Shown here: positions 1 through 8,258 of the stretch, one piece after another
Position numbering within the stretch: the first letter of the stretch is position 1
Layout: each line of letters opens with the position of its first letter
The notes under the pieces: generated by a model
The model's input: only the letters and a program-made list of their open reading frames with translations
Told to the model about the DNA's origin: nothing
The model's database searches: none
From: Betaproteobacteria bacterium
GTDB lineage: Bacteria > Pseudomonadota > Gammaproteobacteria > Burkholderiales > Burkholderiaceae_E
Direction: 5' to 3'
DNA: 64,000 bases
Assembly (NCBI GenBank): GCA_016868175.1
Contig: VGHO01000001.1
Span: 15,543-79,542, forward strand
Position numbers and translations under genes: made by a program

Positions 1-350
1 TCCCCGAGTCGATCGTGGCGCACCAGGCCTCGCGGATTCTCGAACTCGCCTACCCCGGGGATCGACGCTACCGCCTGAGCTTCGAGTTTCTCCGGGTGTA
101 CTCACCCTCGGCCGAAGTGCAGGGGCACGGACCGGGACAGGAAGTCTTGCAGACCGGCAAGCGCAACGTGGGCATCGTGCGGATCGAACCGGTGGGTAAC
201 TACGCCATCAAACCGGTGTTCAGCGACGGGCACGAGTCGGGGCTCTACTCGTGGGAAGTGCTGCATCGCCTTTGCCTGCAGCACGATGCCCTCTGGAACA
301 CCTACCTCAAGCGACTCGAGGCCGCCGGGGCTCGTCGTGAGCCCGACTGA
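1..350 (+). CDS. DUF971 family protein (5' end probably outside the window)
   Basis: ORF 15..350 remains open back to base 3. Motifs [14 protein letters not shown] and [12 protein letters not shown] are typical of DUF971 proteins that sit upstream of ubiE. Confidence 0.7.
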   Translation, partial: PESIVAHQASRILELAYPGDRRYRLSFEFLRVYSPSAEVQGHGPGQEVLQTGKRNVGIVRIEPVGNYAIKPVFSDGHESGLYSWEVLHRLCLQHDALWNTYLKRLEAAGARREPD

Positions 351-394
351 TGCCTGCCGCGAGCCACGCAGGTGCGACTGCACCGTTCCTGCGC

Positions 395-1132
395 ATGGCT
401 GAAAAGACACATTTCGGCTTTCAGGCGGTGGAGCCCGGCGAGAAGTCCGCGCGGGTGGCCGAGGTTTTCCGCTCGGTCGCCTCGCGGTATGACCTGATGA
501 ACGACCTGATGTCTGCGGGCCTGCATCGGCTCTGGAAACAGGTCGCGGTGTCGTGGGCGGATGTGCGTCCGGGAATGGATGTGCTCGATGTGGCGGGCGG
601 TACCGCAGATCTTGCGCTCGCCATGGCAAGACGCGCCGGTGCCGGTGGGCGCGTCGTGCTTTCCGACATCAACGCGTCCATGCTTGCCCGGGGCAGGGAG
701 CGGTTGATCGAGGACGGTTGCGCGCCTCACGCGGTGCAGTGCGACGCCGAAAGCCTGCCGTTTCCCGCAGAAAGCTTCGACCGGGTGACGGTGGCATTCG
801 GGCTGCGCAACATGACGGACATGGATGCCGCGTTGCTGGAAATGACCCGGGTACTCCGCAGGGGAGGCAAGTTGCTGATCCTCGAATTCTCCAGGGTGCA
901 CCCGCAACTCGCAAAGGCCTACAACTTCTATTCCTTCCAGATCCTGCCGCGACTCGGGCGACTGGTTGCCGGCGACGCGCAGAGCTACCGTTACCTTGCC
1001 GAGTCGATCCGGATGCACCCGGATCAGGAAACGCTGGCTGCCATGATGCAGCGCGCCGGGCTGGCCGGTGTGCGTTTTTCCAACCTTAGCGCCGGGGTGG
1101 TTGCTTTACATGAGGGGCTCAAACCCGCATAG
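395..1132 (+). CDS. ubiE: Demethylmenaquinone / 2-methoxy-6-polyprenyl-1,4-benzoquinol methyltransferase UbiE
   Basis: ATG at 395 ([10 protein letters not shown]...). Motifs [16 protein letters not shown] motif [12 protein letters not shown] and FGLRN match the UbiE/MenG family. The ORF track extends the frame back to 350. Confidence 0.9.
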   Translation: MAEKTHFGFQAVEPGEKSARVAEVFRSVASRYDLMNDLMSAGLHRLWKQVAVSWADVRPGMDVLDVAGGTADLALAMARRAGAGGRVVLSDINASMLARGRERLIEDGCAPHAVQCDAESLPFPAESFDRVTVAFGLRNMTDMDAALLEMTRVLRRGGKLLILEFSRVHPQLAKAYNFYSFQILPRLGRLVAGDAQSYRYLAESIRMHPDQETLAAMMQRAGLAGVRFSNLSAGVVALHEGLKPA

Positions 1133-1364
1133 TGCGGCCTGTTGCACCTGCTTACGCCTCGATGCGAGGGGGTGGGTGTGGTCAACAGGTTCCGGAGGTT
1201 CCATGAACCCGGATACTACACATCTGCACAGGAGTACTTCACACATGAACAGCTTGGATTCGATCGAAACGTTCGAAGCCCGCGGGCGCTCCCCGCGCGA
1301 TGCGTCTCTGGTCACTCCCCAATCCGGTACTGCCGGACACCGGGTGCTGCGTTGCCTTCGCAAG

Positions 1365-2309
1365 ATGGCGTTGTCGCTCACGATGGCCTTTGCGCTCGTT
1401 GTGGCGGGTATGTTCAGCGTCGATGCCGAGGCGAGTAAACGGCTTGGAGGGGGCGGCTCCAGCGGTCAGCAGTCCTCGATTGCCACCCAGAAGCAGGCAA
1501 CGCCTCCGGCAGGTTCCCCGGCTCAGCAGGCGGGTGCACCCGCAGCCGCAGGGGCGCAGGCCGCCGCGCAGTCGCAGCGCAGCCGTTGGCTCGGTCCGAT
1601 CGCCGGGCTGGCAGCAGGGCTTGGGCTGGCTGCGCTGGCGTCGCATCTGGGCTTTGGCGAGGAACTGGCCAACTTCATGATGATTGCGCTCCTTGCGCTG
1701 GTGATCATGGGAATCGTTGGCTTTGTGCTTGCCCGGCGCCGTGCAGCGCAATCGCCGCAGCCAGCCTACGCCAGTGCGCCAACCAACTACGCGCAGGCGG
1801 GGCAGGAAGCCAGCGTACCGGGCCGCTGGTCGGCACCGGGACCGTTTGCGCAGCCGCAGGGAGTTGGGTTGGGCCAGGCTGGAGCAGGGTTTGGCGCGGC
1901 ACCGGCAGCGCCCTCCCAGCCCTGGGGCGTTCCTGCCGACTTTGACGTTCCTGGCTTCGTTGAGAACGCAAAGCACTACTTCAAGCGTCTGCAGGCGGCC
2001 AACGATACGGCTAATCTTGCCGACCTGCGCGAGTTCACTTCGCCTGAACTCTTCGAGGAGTTTGCGGCCGAAATCCGGCAGCGCCAGAGCGAGAACTACA
2101 CCGAGGTGGTGCGGCTCGATGCGGAACTTCTGGGGATCGAGACCCCGCACGGAAAGTATCTCGCCAGCGTGCGCTTCAGCGGTTTGGTGCGGGAGGGCCG
2201 CAACGCTGCGCCGCAAACCTTCGACGAGGTCTGGAACCTCAGCAAACCGGTGCAGGGTGCAGGCGGCTGGATTCTTGCAGGGATCCAGCAGATGGGAACC
2301 CCGCACTGA
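1365..2309 (+). CDS. Tim44-domain membrane protein (ubiquinone-operon associated)
   Basis: ATG at 1365 gives a signal/TM start (MALSLTMAFALVVAG), then a Gly/Gln/Ala-rich linker, a second TM segment and a C-terminal Tim44-like domain (FVENAKHYFKRLQAANDTANLADLREFTSPELF). Confidence 0.75.
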   Translation: MALSLTMAFALVVAGMFSVDAEASKRLGGGGSSGQQSSIATQKQATPPAGSPAQQAGAPAAAGAQAAAQSQRSRWLGPIAGLAAGLGLAALASHLGFGEELANFMMIALLALVIMGIVGFVLARRRAAQSPQPAYASAPTNYAQAGQEASVPGRWSAPGPFAQPQGVGLGQAGAGFGAAPAAPSQPWGVPADFDVPGFVENAKHYFKRLQAANDTANLADLREFTSPELFEEFAAEIRQRQSENYTEVVRLDAELLGIETPHGKYLASVRFSGLVREGRNAAPQTFDEVWNLSKPVQGAGGWILAGIQQMGTPH

Positions 2310-2364
2310 GCCTCTGCCCTGGCTCGGCACCCGGGGCAGCCTGAAACGCCCCGGGGAGTTTTGT

Positions 2365-2937
2365 GTGAACCCGTTGAATCTTCATCTCGAGCACTCGGCA
2401 CTCAAGCTGCTCCGGGTGGTTTTTCGCCAGAATCCCTGGGCTGCCGAAAGGCTCTCGGCATTTTCCGGAAAGACGGTTGCTTTCGAGATCGGTGGCGAGT
2501 TGCCAGCGCTGCCACCGGCTCTTGCCGGCCTCTTTCCCCGCGCGTGGCCGCAGTTGCCCATACTCCGAATCGCCCGCGACGGCCATCTCGAGCGCGCGCC
2601 CAACGAGGTTGGCGGCCATCCGGTGCCGGTTGATGTGCGCCTCAAGCTTGTCTGGTCGGCCGCGCTCCTCGAAAAACTTCGCACCCGCGATCCGGGGCAG
2701 TTGCTCTCCCATCTGCGGATCGATGGCGATGTGTTGCTTGCCGCTGCCCTGGGCGAGGTGCTGAGCGAACTGTATATCGACCTTGGCGGTTTGCTCGCGC
2801 CGATCACGGGCGACATTCTGGCGCAGCGGATCGACTACCACGGGCGCCGGATGATGGACTCGGTTGGTTCGGTGGTGGATGGGATGCTGAGCGGGGTGCT
2901 TGGCGCCAGGCTTCGCGCCCGTTCCACAGAGCGCTAG
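2365..2937 (+). CDS. ubiJ: Ubiquinone biosynthesis accessory factor UbiJ (SCP2 domain)
   Basis: GTG at 2365 lies in the tail of ORF 1717..2937. The pattern LRIDGDVLLAAALGEVL...LLAPITGDILAQ resembles E. coli UbiJ, and the gene sits after ubiE and the Tim44 gene. Confidence 0.65.
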   Translation: MNPLNLHLEHSALKLLRVVFRQNPWAAERLSAFSGKTVAFEIGGELPALPPALAGLFPRAWPQLPILRIARDGHLERAPNEVGGHPVPVDVRLKLVWSAALLEKLRTRDPGQLLSHLRIDGDVLLAAALGEVLSELYIDLGGLLAPITGDILAQRIDYHGRRMMDSVGSVVDGMLSGVLGARLRARSTER

Positions 2938-3971
2938 TGTTGTGAACGCGACATCCACTGCATCGCGAGAAACCATGCCAACGCGGTGAGCGTTGGCCCG
3001 ATAAACACACCGATCACGCCAAACGCAATCACGCCGCCAACCGCACCGATCAGCGTCATCACGAAGGGCATCGACGAGCCCCGGCTGATCAGCAAGGGTT
3101 TGATCACATTGTCGGCGCTCGAGATGACAGCCGCGCCCCATGCCAGCACAAACATTGCCCAGCCGGTCTCGCCCTGCTGGAAGAGCCACACGGCAGCAGG
3201 GCCCCACACCAGCACGGTCCCAAAGGGGATGAAGGCACCAAGGAAGGTGAGGAGTGCGAGCGTGAAGGCCTTCGGAACGCCGGCAAGCGCATAGCCGATC
3301 CAGCCAAGGGCACCTGAAACCAGGGCGGTGCCCACGATGCCATAGACCACCCCTTCAATCGTGCGCGCGGTGAGCCGAAGAAGTTGCGGCCCCTCCTGCG
3401 AGAGCCGCCGTGCACCGCCGTCGAGCCAGATCGTTATCCGGTGGCCGTCGCGCAGGAGAAAGAACGACAGGAACACGGCGAGCAGCAACTCGGCAACGCC
3501 ACTGCTCAGACCGGTTGCCGCCTTGAGGATCAGGCCGCGATGCTGCTCGAGCAAGACAAGGAGTTGCGCAAGCAGTGCGCTGCCGTCGTTGCGGTACATG
3601 GCCCATTGTTCGGCGAGCCAGTTGCCCACCAGAGGCAGCGCAGCGAGCCAGGCGGGCGGTTCCGGAAGCCCGTTCTGCATGAGCGATCGTGCCTGGCCGA
3701 GCAGGTCGTCGGTGTAGTTGGCAAGCACCACGGTCGCTGCCGCGATCGGAGCAACCAGAATCGCAAGGAGCGCCAGCGTCATGAGGGTGGCGCTCAAGTT
3801 GGCCCCCAGGCGCAACCGCAGCACCAGGGCATCGCGCAAGGGCCAAAGGGTGATCGTAACGATGGCAGCCCAGAGCAGCGCGCTCAGGAATGGCAGCACC
3901 ACGAGCGCAGCGGCAAGCATCAGGGCTAGCGCTGCAGCGATACCGAGCCAGTAGTCCGTTGATCGCTCCAT
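2934..3971 (-). CDS. AI-2E family transporter (PerM/YhhT-like permease)
   Basis: ATG at 3971 (MERSTDYWLGIAAAL...). Multiple TM segments and a C-terminal ISSADNVIKPLLISRG motif are typical of the AI-2E family. The upstream part of ORF 2934..4526 is non-coding-like. Confidence 0.8.
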   Translation of the reverse strand: MERSTDYWLGIAAALALMLAAALVVLPFLSALLWAAIVTITLWPLRDALVLRLRLGANLSATLMTLALLAILVAPIAAATVVLANYTDDLLGQARSLMQNGLPEPPAWLAALPLVGNWLAEQWAMYRNDGSALLAQLLVLLEQHRGLILKAATGLSSGVAELLLAVFLSFFLLRDGHRITIWLDGGARRLSQEGPQLLRLTARTIEGVVYGIVGTALVSGALGWIGYALAGVPKAFTLALLTFLGAFIPFGTVLVWGPAAVWLFQQGETGWAMFVLAWGAAVISSADNVIKPLLISRGSSMPFVMTLIGAVGGVIAFGVIGVFIGPTLTALAWFLAMQWMSRSQH

Positions 3972-3979
3972 GCGCTGCG

Positions 3980-4384
3980 TCAGGCCGATCGGAAGATGAA
4001 GTACACAGCCCCCACGAGGCAAAGGCCTGCCCAGATGTAGTCCACCCGGAAGGGTTGATGCATCACGAGCATCGAAAATGGCAAGAACACGAGCAGCGTG
4101 ATCACCTCCTGCAGGATCTTGAGCTGGCCGAGGCTGAGTTGCGTGAAGCCGATGCGGTTTGCGGGCACCTGGAGGAGATATTCGAACAGCGCAATCCCCC
4201 AGCTGATGAGCGCAGCCCACCACCAGGGCTTGTGCGCGAGATGCTTCAGGTGGCCATACCATGCCCAGGTCATGAAGAGGTTGGAAAGCACCAGAAGGCT
4301 GCCGCTCACCGCCACGATCTGGAGCAGGCTCGCCTGCTCCAGCCATGCGGCAACCTTGGCGCTGCAGGCGTGGTAGCTTGACAT
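3980..4384 (-). CDS. DMT-superfamily small membrane protein (DUF486)
   Basis: ATG at 4384. FMTWAWYGHLK and ISWGIALFEYLLQVPANRIG motifs are characteristic of DUF486. Confidence 0.7.
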   Translation of the reverse strand: MSSYHACSAKVAAWLEQASLLQIVAVSGSLLVLSNLFMTWAWYGHLKHLAHKPWWWAALISWGIALFEYLLQVPANRIGFTQLSLGQLKILQEVITLLVFLPFSMLVMHQPFRVDYIWAGLCLVGAVYFIFRSA

Positions 4385-4440
4385 GCGTAGACAGGGAAAT
4401 CGGAAGGGATGAGTCGCGTGGTGTACGAACCGCCCCAAGT

Positions 4441-5028
4441 ATGCCCGGGCAAGGGATGCTGATGTTGCACCCCGCACTCGAGTGGGCCGCCGCAGCGGTC
4501 GCGCTGACTGCCGTTGGTCTTGGCATCCTCGGCAGGCGCGCAACCTGGCCCTTCTGGATCCTGTCGAGCCTGCTCTACGCGGTGGTCTTCGCACAATCAA
4601 GGCTCTGGGCCGACGCTTCGCTGCAGTTCGTCTTCGTGGCGGCGGCCGTTTGGGGCTGGGTGAGCTGGGGCCGAGTCCGCTTCGCTCCGGTTCACCTCGG
4701 CAGGCGCGCGTATTGGCTCGCCTGGGTGTCGCTCGCTGTGCTCATCACCCTCATGCAGTCCGGTCTGCGCCTGGCCGGGGGCAGTTCGGTATGGGGCGAC
4801 GCGGTCGTTACCTCGTCGAGTCTGCTCGCCCAGTCGTTGATGGTGCAGCAAAAAGTCGAGCACTGGCACTTCTGGCTGCTCGCCAACCTGTGCGGCGTCT
4901 GGCTATTCTGGTCGCAGCACCTCTTGGCGACGGCTGTACTTTATGCGGTGTTTGCCGCCCTCGCGCTTGCGGGATGGCGCCACTGGACTCGATGCGCGAA
5001 AGGCAGGCATGAAATTGAACAAGCCTGA
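4441..5028 (+). CDS. pnuC: PnuC-family vitamin transporter (nicotinamide riboside or thiamine type)
   Basis: Polytopic membrane protein with a W-rich motif (AAAVWGWVSWGR) and LLAQSLMVQQKVEHWHFWLLANL, typical of PnuC. The start is 4441 or 4456. Confidence 0.75.
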   Translation: MPGQGMLMLHPALEWAAAAVALTAVGLGILGRRATWPFWILSSLLYAVVFAQSRLWADASLQFVFVAAAVWGWVSWGRVRFAPVHLGRRAYWLAWVSLAVLITLMQSGLRLAGGSSVWGDAVVTSSSLLAQSLMVQQKVEHWHFWLLANLCGVWLFWSQHLLATAVLYAVFAALALAGWRHWTRCAKGRHEIEQA

Positions 5029-5752
5029 AGCACTGACAAGCGGTCCAGTGAACGGGCCGGAGGCGCTGCCACCGCAGCTGCTGATCGTTGCATTTCTCGG
5101 GGGGGAGTGCACCGGCAAGACAACGCTGGCCATGCAACTTGCGCGGGCACTGGGTGCACCCTACGTGCCCGAGGCGCTTCGCGACTTCGTTGATCTGCAC
5201 GGCCGATGCCCCACGCGTGAGGAGCAGCAACCGCTCCTGATGGAGCAGTGCCGCAGAATCCAGGAGGCGATCTCGGATGCGGTGCGAATCGGCCTGCAGT
5301 CAGGGCAAGCGGAGGCAGGTCACGCGCCGGCCGCCTGCGGGGGATTCCCCCGGTCGGGAATCACCCCGTCGCTCGTTCTTTGCGACCCCTCGCCGTGGAT
5401 GACCGCGATCTACAGCCTCCAGTATTTTGCCGACCACACCCTCTTTGCTCCCGCTGCGCGCGCCATGCGCGAGCTTGCCCGCAGCGCCCATGCGCACTGG
5501 GTGCATCTTCACTGTGCAGGCGACCTGCCCTGGGAAGCCGACGGCCTTCAGCGCGACGGACCCGCGCAACGCGCAGCCACCGCGTCACTCCTGGTGCGCT
5601 ACCCGCCAGCGGGATTTGCGCCTCCGGCTGGCGTGGCGGGTGATATGCGGGAGCGTCTTGCGATGGCGCTTTGCGCTGTGGGCGAAGTGATGACCGTTTC
5701 GGGGTTAAGCCTGTCACGCAACCGACACATGCTACGATCAGGACTTAGCTAG
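5009..5752 (+). CDS. P-loop ATPase, NadR-like ribosylnicotinamide-kinase domain protein
   Basis: ATG at 5009 overlaps the pnuC end by 20 nt. Walker A is GGECTGKTT and the layout resembles the NadR kinase domain (LCDPSPWMTAIYS, DLPWEADGLQRDG). There is no HTH or NMNAT domain. Confidence 0.65.
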   Translation: MKLNKPEALTSGPVNGPEALPPQLLIVAFLGGECTGKTTLAMQLARALGAPYVPEALRDFVDLHGRCPTREEQQPLLMEQCRRIQEAISDAVRIGLQSGQAEAGHAPAACGGFPRSGITPSLVLCDPSPWMTAIYSLQYFADHTLFAPAARAMRELARSAHAHWVHLHCAGDLPWEADGLQRDGPAQRAATASLLVRYPPAGFAPPAGVAGDMRERLAMALCAVGEVMTVSGLSLSRNRHMLRSGLS

Positions 5753-5866
5753 GGGTCCCGTAAAACCGTTGCCGGCCAGCAAGGTCGGTGGCGTCTGCCA
5801 GTGGCAGACGGGTGAGAAAAACCCTTCGAACCTGATCGAGTTAAGACTTGCGCAGGGAAGCAGGAA
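5748..5866 (+). promoter_or_regulatory. TPP (THI-box) riboswitch
   Basis: GGGGUCCCG...(long P3 insert)...CGGGUGAGAAAAACCCUUCGAACCUGAUCGAGUUAAGACUUGCGCAGGGAAG aligns segment by segment with E. coli thiM GGGGUGCCC...GCUGAGAAAUACCCGUAUCACCUGAUCUGGAUAAUGCCAGCGUAGGGAAG. Confidence 0.85.
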
Positions 5867-5984
5867 TCACAGCCGGGCTCCTCAGCCCTTCGGCGCTCGC
5901 AAGCCGTCCTTCGGACGGTGGATTCCGCAACCTCCAGGGAAACGCTCCAACCGGTTCGAAGCCAGACACCGAGAGGAGTTCAGA

Positions 5985-8228
5985 GTGCGAGACGTTTGGC
6001 AAGCCTTCCCGGACCTGCACTGGGGCCGGACTGTCACTTCGCTGGCGGGGGCTGGCGCGCTGGCTCTGGCGCCCGCAGTGTTCGCCCAGCTCCCCACAAC
6101 CGGGGACCCGGCGCGGGTGGAGGTGAGCGCCACGGGTCTCTCGACGCGTGCGATCACCCTCACCGGGTTTGCAGAGTTGCCCGAGAGGCTGCCGTTTTCA
6201 ATCTCCACCATCGATACGCAGGTCATGCGGGACCTGGGCGCCACTTCGCTGGCAGACCTCCTGCGCAGCGAGCCTGCGGTTTCCGATGCCTACAACACGC
6301 TTGGCTATCCGGAGAACTTTGCCATCCGTGGCGTCGCCATTGATCCGCGCCTCAATTACCGCTTCGACGGCATGCCGATCCATGGTCATGTTCCGCTCGC
6401 ACTTGAAAGCGCCGAGCGTGTCGTCGTGCTCAAGGGGGTTTCGGGGCTGCTTGCAGGCAGCTCCTCCCCGGGAGGGATGGTGGACGTGGCGCTCAAGCGT
6501 GCGGGCGACCAGCCGCTGAGGAGTGCCCTCTTCGCATTGTCGGAACGCGGTAGCCGCTACCTCGCCTCCGATCTTGCCGAGCGATTTGGAGCGCACCGCG
6601 AGCTCGGGGTTCGGGTGAATCTTGCCGCCGACGACCGTCGGCCGATGGCCGACAGCGCCCCGGGCGATCGGCGCTTTGCTTCGGTGTTCGTGGATTGGCG
6701 CGCGCCGGGCGGGGGTCGCCTGGAGTGGCATGCGCAACGCCACCTCTACACCCAGATTTCGGTACCCGGGGCCAATCTCCTCGAGGGCCGGATCCTGCCG
6801 CCCGTGCTGCCGCGGCGCAACATGAACGATCAGCCTTGGTCGGCCCCGTTTGAAAGCCGGGAAAACCTCTCCGGGTTGCGCTGGATCCAGCCCCTTGGAG
6901 AGCAGTGGGTGGTACGGGTTTCGGGGTTGATGCAACATGTGCGCACCCACGACCGGATTGCCTTCCCGGATGGCTGCAGTTCGGGGCCCGAGCCGATCTA
7001 CCCGGGTTTTTGCGCCAACGGCAACGCCGACATCTACGACTTCCGCAGCCTCGATGAGCGGCGTAGCGCGCGCTCGGTCGAGGCCCGACTCGAGGGAAAC
7101 CTGCGCACGGCCGGGCTGTTGCATGAGGTGGCGCTCGGATACCGGCAGGTGCGGCTCGAGGATCGGTTCCCCGCCGCGCAAGCGTATAACCTGGTGGGGT
7201 CGAGCAACTTTTTCCGCACGATCCCGTTGCCGCCCGACCCAGAGGCGCGGACGCCCAACACCAACCGCAACCTGAGCAGCCGCGAGTGGTCGGTGCAGGA
7301 TCGTATCCGCCTGCACGATGGGCAACCCGGCTCGGTGCTTGCACAAACCTCGCTCTGGCTCGGTCTGCGCGGCACCGGGATCGACAGCGTGTCAACGCCA
7401 ACCGACGGCGCTGGTGCATTGGGACTCCAGCAGTCTTTCGTCACGCCCTTTGCAGCGCTCAGCGTTGAGCCGAGGGCGGGGCAACGCTGGTACCTTTCCT
7501 ACGGTGAGGGAATCGAAACCGAGGTTGTGCCCAACCGGCCGCAGGATTATGCCAACCCGGGCCAGGCACTCCCGGCGCAACGCAGCACCCAGTGGGAGGG
7601 CGGTTTTCGCAACGGCTGGAGCAGCGCCGCAGGCTTGAGGGTCGACTATGGGGTCACGGCCTTCCGGATCGACCGTCCCCGTGCAGCTGACCTGAGCGTG
7701 ACCGCGCCCCAGTCGATCGGGGTCTGCGGCACTGTGTCGAGCGCAGCGTTTTGCAGGCTGGGCGGTTTGCGCACCGACCGTCATCAGGGGCTCGAGTTGA
7801 CGCTCAGCGCGAGCAGCAGATCGCTGGGCCGGCTCGACCTCGCTGCCCAAAGGCTCCAGGCCGAAGTCCTCGCCTCGCCCCTCGGCGAGGAAGTGGGCTC
7901 CGCAGTGCGCAATGTTGCGCCCTGGGGCCTTCACCTGATGCATCGGTGGCCCACGGGTGTCGAGGGCCTCGAATGGCAGAACCGGATTGGCGCATCCGGA
8001 CGAAAACCGGTGGTCGAACCCCTCAGCCTTCCCGTGCAGTGGCAGTGGGACAGTGCGCTGCACTGGGGCCAGGATCTGGGCGGAGCAAAGCTGCGCTGGT
8101 CCCTGTCGGCGATCAATCTGCTGGATCGCAAGTTCTGGCGCGAGGCGCCCACGCAGCCCTGGGGCGGCGTTTATCTGTTCCCTGCACCACCCAGGACTTT
8201 GCGCCTGGCGGTACAGGCGCGCTGGTAA
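5985..8228 (+). CDS. TonB-dependent outer-membrane receptor (riboswitch controlled)
   Basis: GTG at 5985 is preceded by GAGAGGAG 6 nt upstream. A signal peptide ends AVFAQ. The plug domain has DTQVMRDLGATSLADLLR and NFAIRGV motifs, followed by a long beta-barrel ending in an aromatic residue (W). Confidence 0.85.
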   Translation: MRDVWQAFPDLHWGRTVTSLAGAGALALAPAVFAQLPTTGDPARVEVSATGLSTRAITLTGFAELPERLPFSISTIDTQVMRDLGATSLADLLRSEPAVSDAYNTLGYPENFAIRGVAIDPRLNYRFDGMPIHGHVPLALESAERVVVLKGVSGLLAGSSSPGGMVDVALKRAGDQPLRSALFALSERGSRYLASDLAERFGAHRELGVRVNLAADDRRPMADSAPGDRRFASVFVDWRAPGGGRLEWHAQRHLYTQISVPGANLLEGRILPPVLPRRNMNDQPWSAPFESRENLSGLRWIQPLGEQWVVRVSGLMQHVRTHDRIAFPDGCSSGPEPIYPGFCANGNADIYDFRSLDERRSARSVEARLEGNLRTAGLLHEVALGYRQVRLEDRFPAAQAYNLVGSSNFFRTIPLPPDPEARTPNTNRNLSSREWSVQDRIRLHDGQPGSVLAQTSLWLGLRGTGIDSVSTPTDGAGALGLQQSFVTPFAALSVEPRAGQRWYLSYGEGIETEVVPNRPQDYANPGQALPAQRSTQWEGGFRNGWSSAAGLRVDYGVTAFRIDRPRAADLSVTAPQSIGVCGTVSSAAFCRLGGLRTDRHQGLELTLSASSRSLGRLDLAAQRLQAEVLASPLGEEVGSAVRNVAPWGLHLMHRWPTGVEGLEWQNRIGASGRKPVVEPLSLPVQWQWDSALHWGQDLGGAKLRWSLSAINLLDRKFWREAPTQPWGGVYLFPAPPRTLRLAVQARW

Positions 8229-8258
8229 GCTTTCGCAAATGAATTTCCCAAGCGATCC

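Noticed and set aside
1068-1364. Upstream part of the 413-aa ORF as part of the Tim44-domain protein
   Set aside because: It overlaps the ubiE 3' end, is Cys/Trp-rich and not protein-like, and the ATG at 1365 gives a clean signal/TM start.
5769-5984. N-terminal extension of the TonB-receptor ORF (819 aa in the ORF track)
   Set aside because: The extension overlaps the TPP riboswitch and has no signal peptide, whereas GTG 5985 has a strong Shine-Dalgarno sequence and yields a proper leader.
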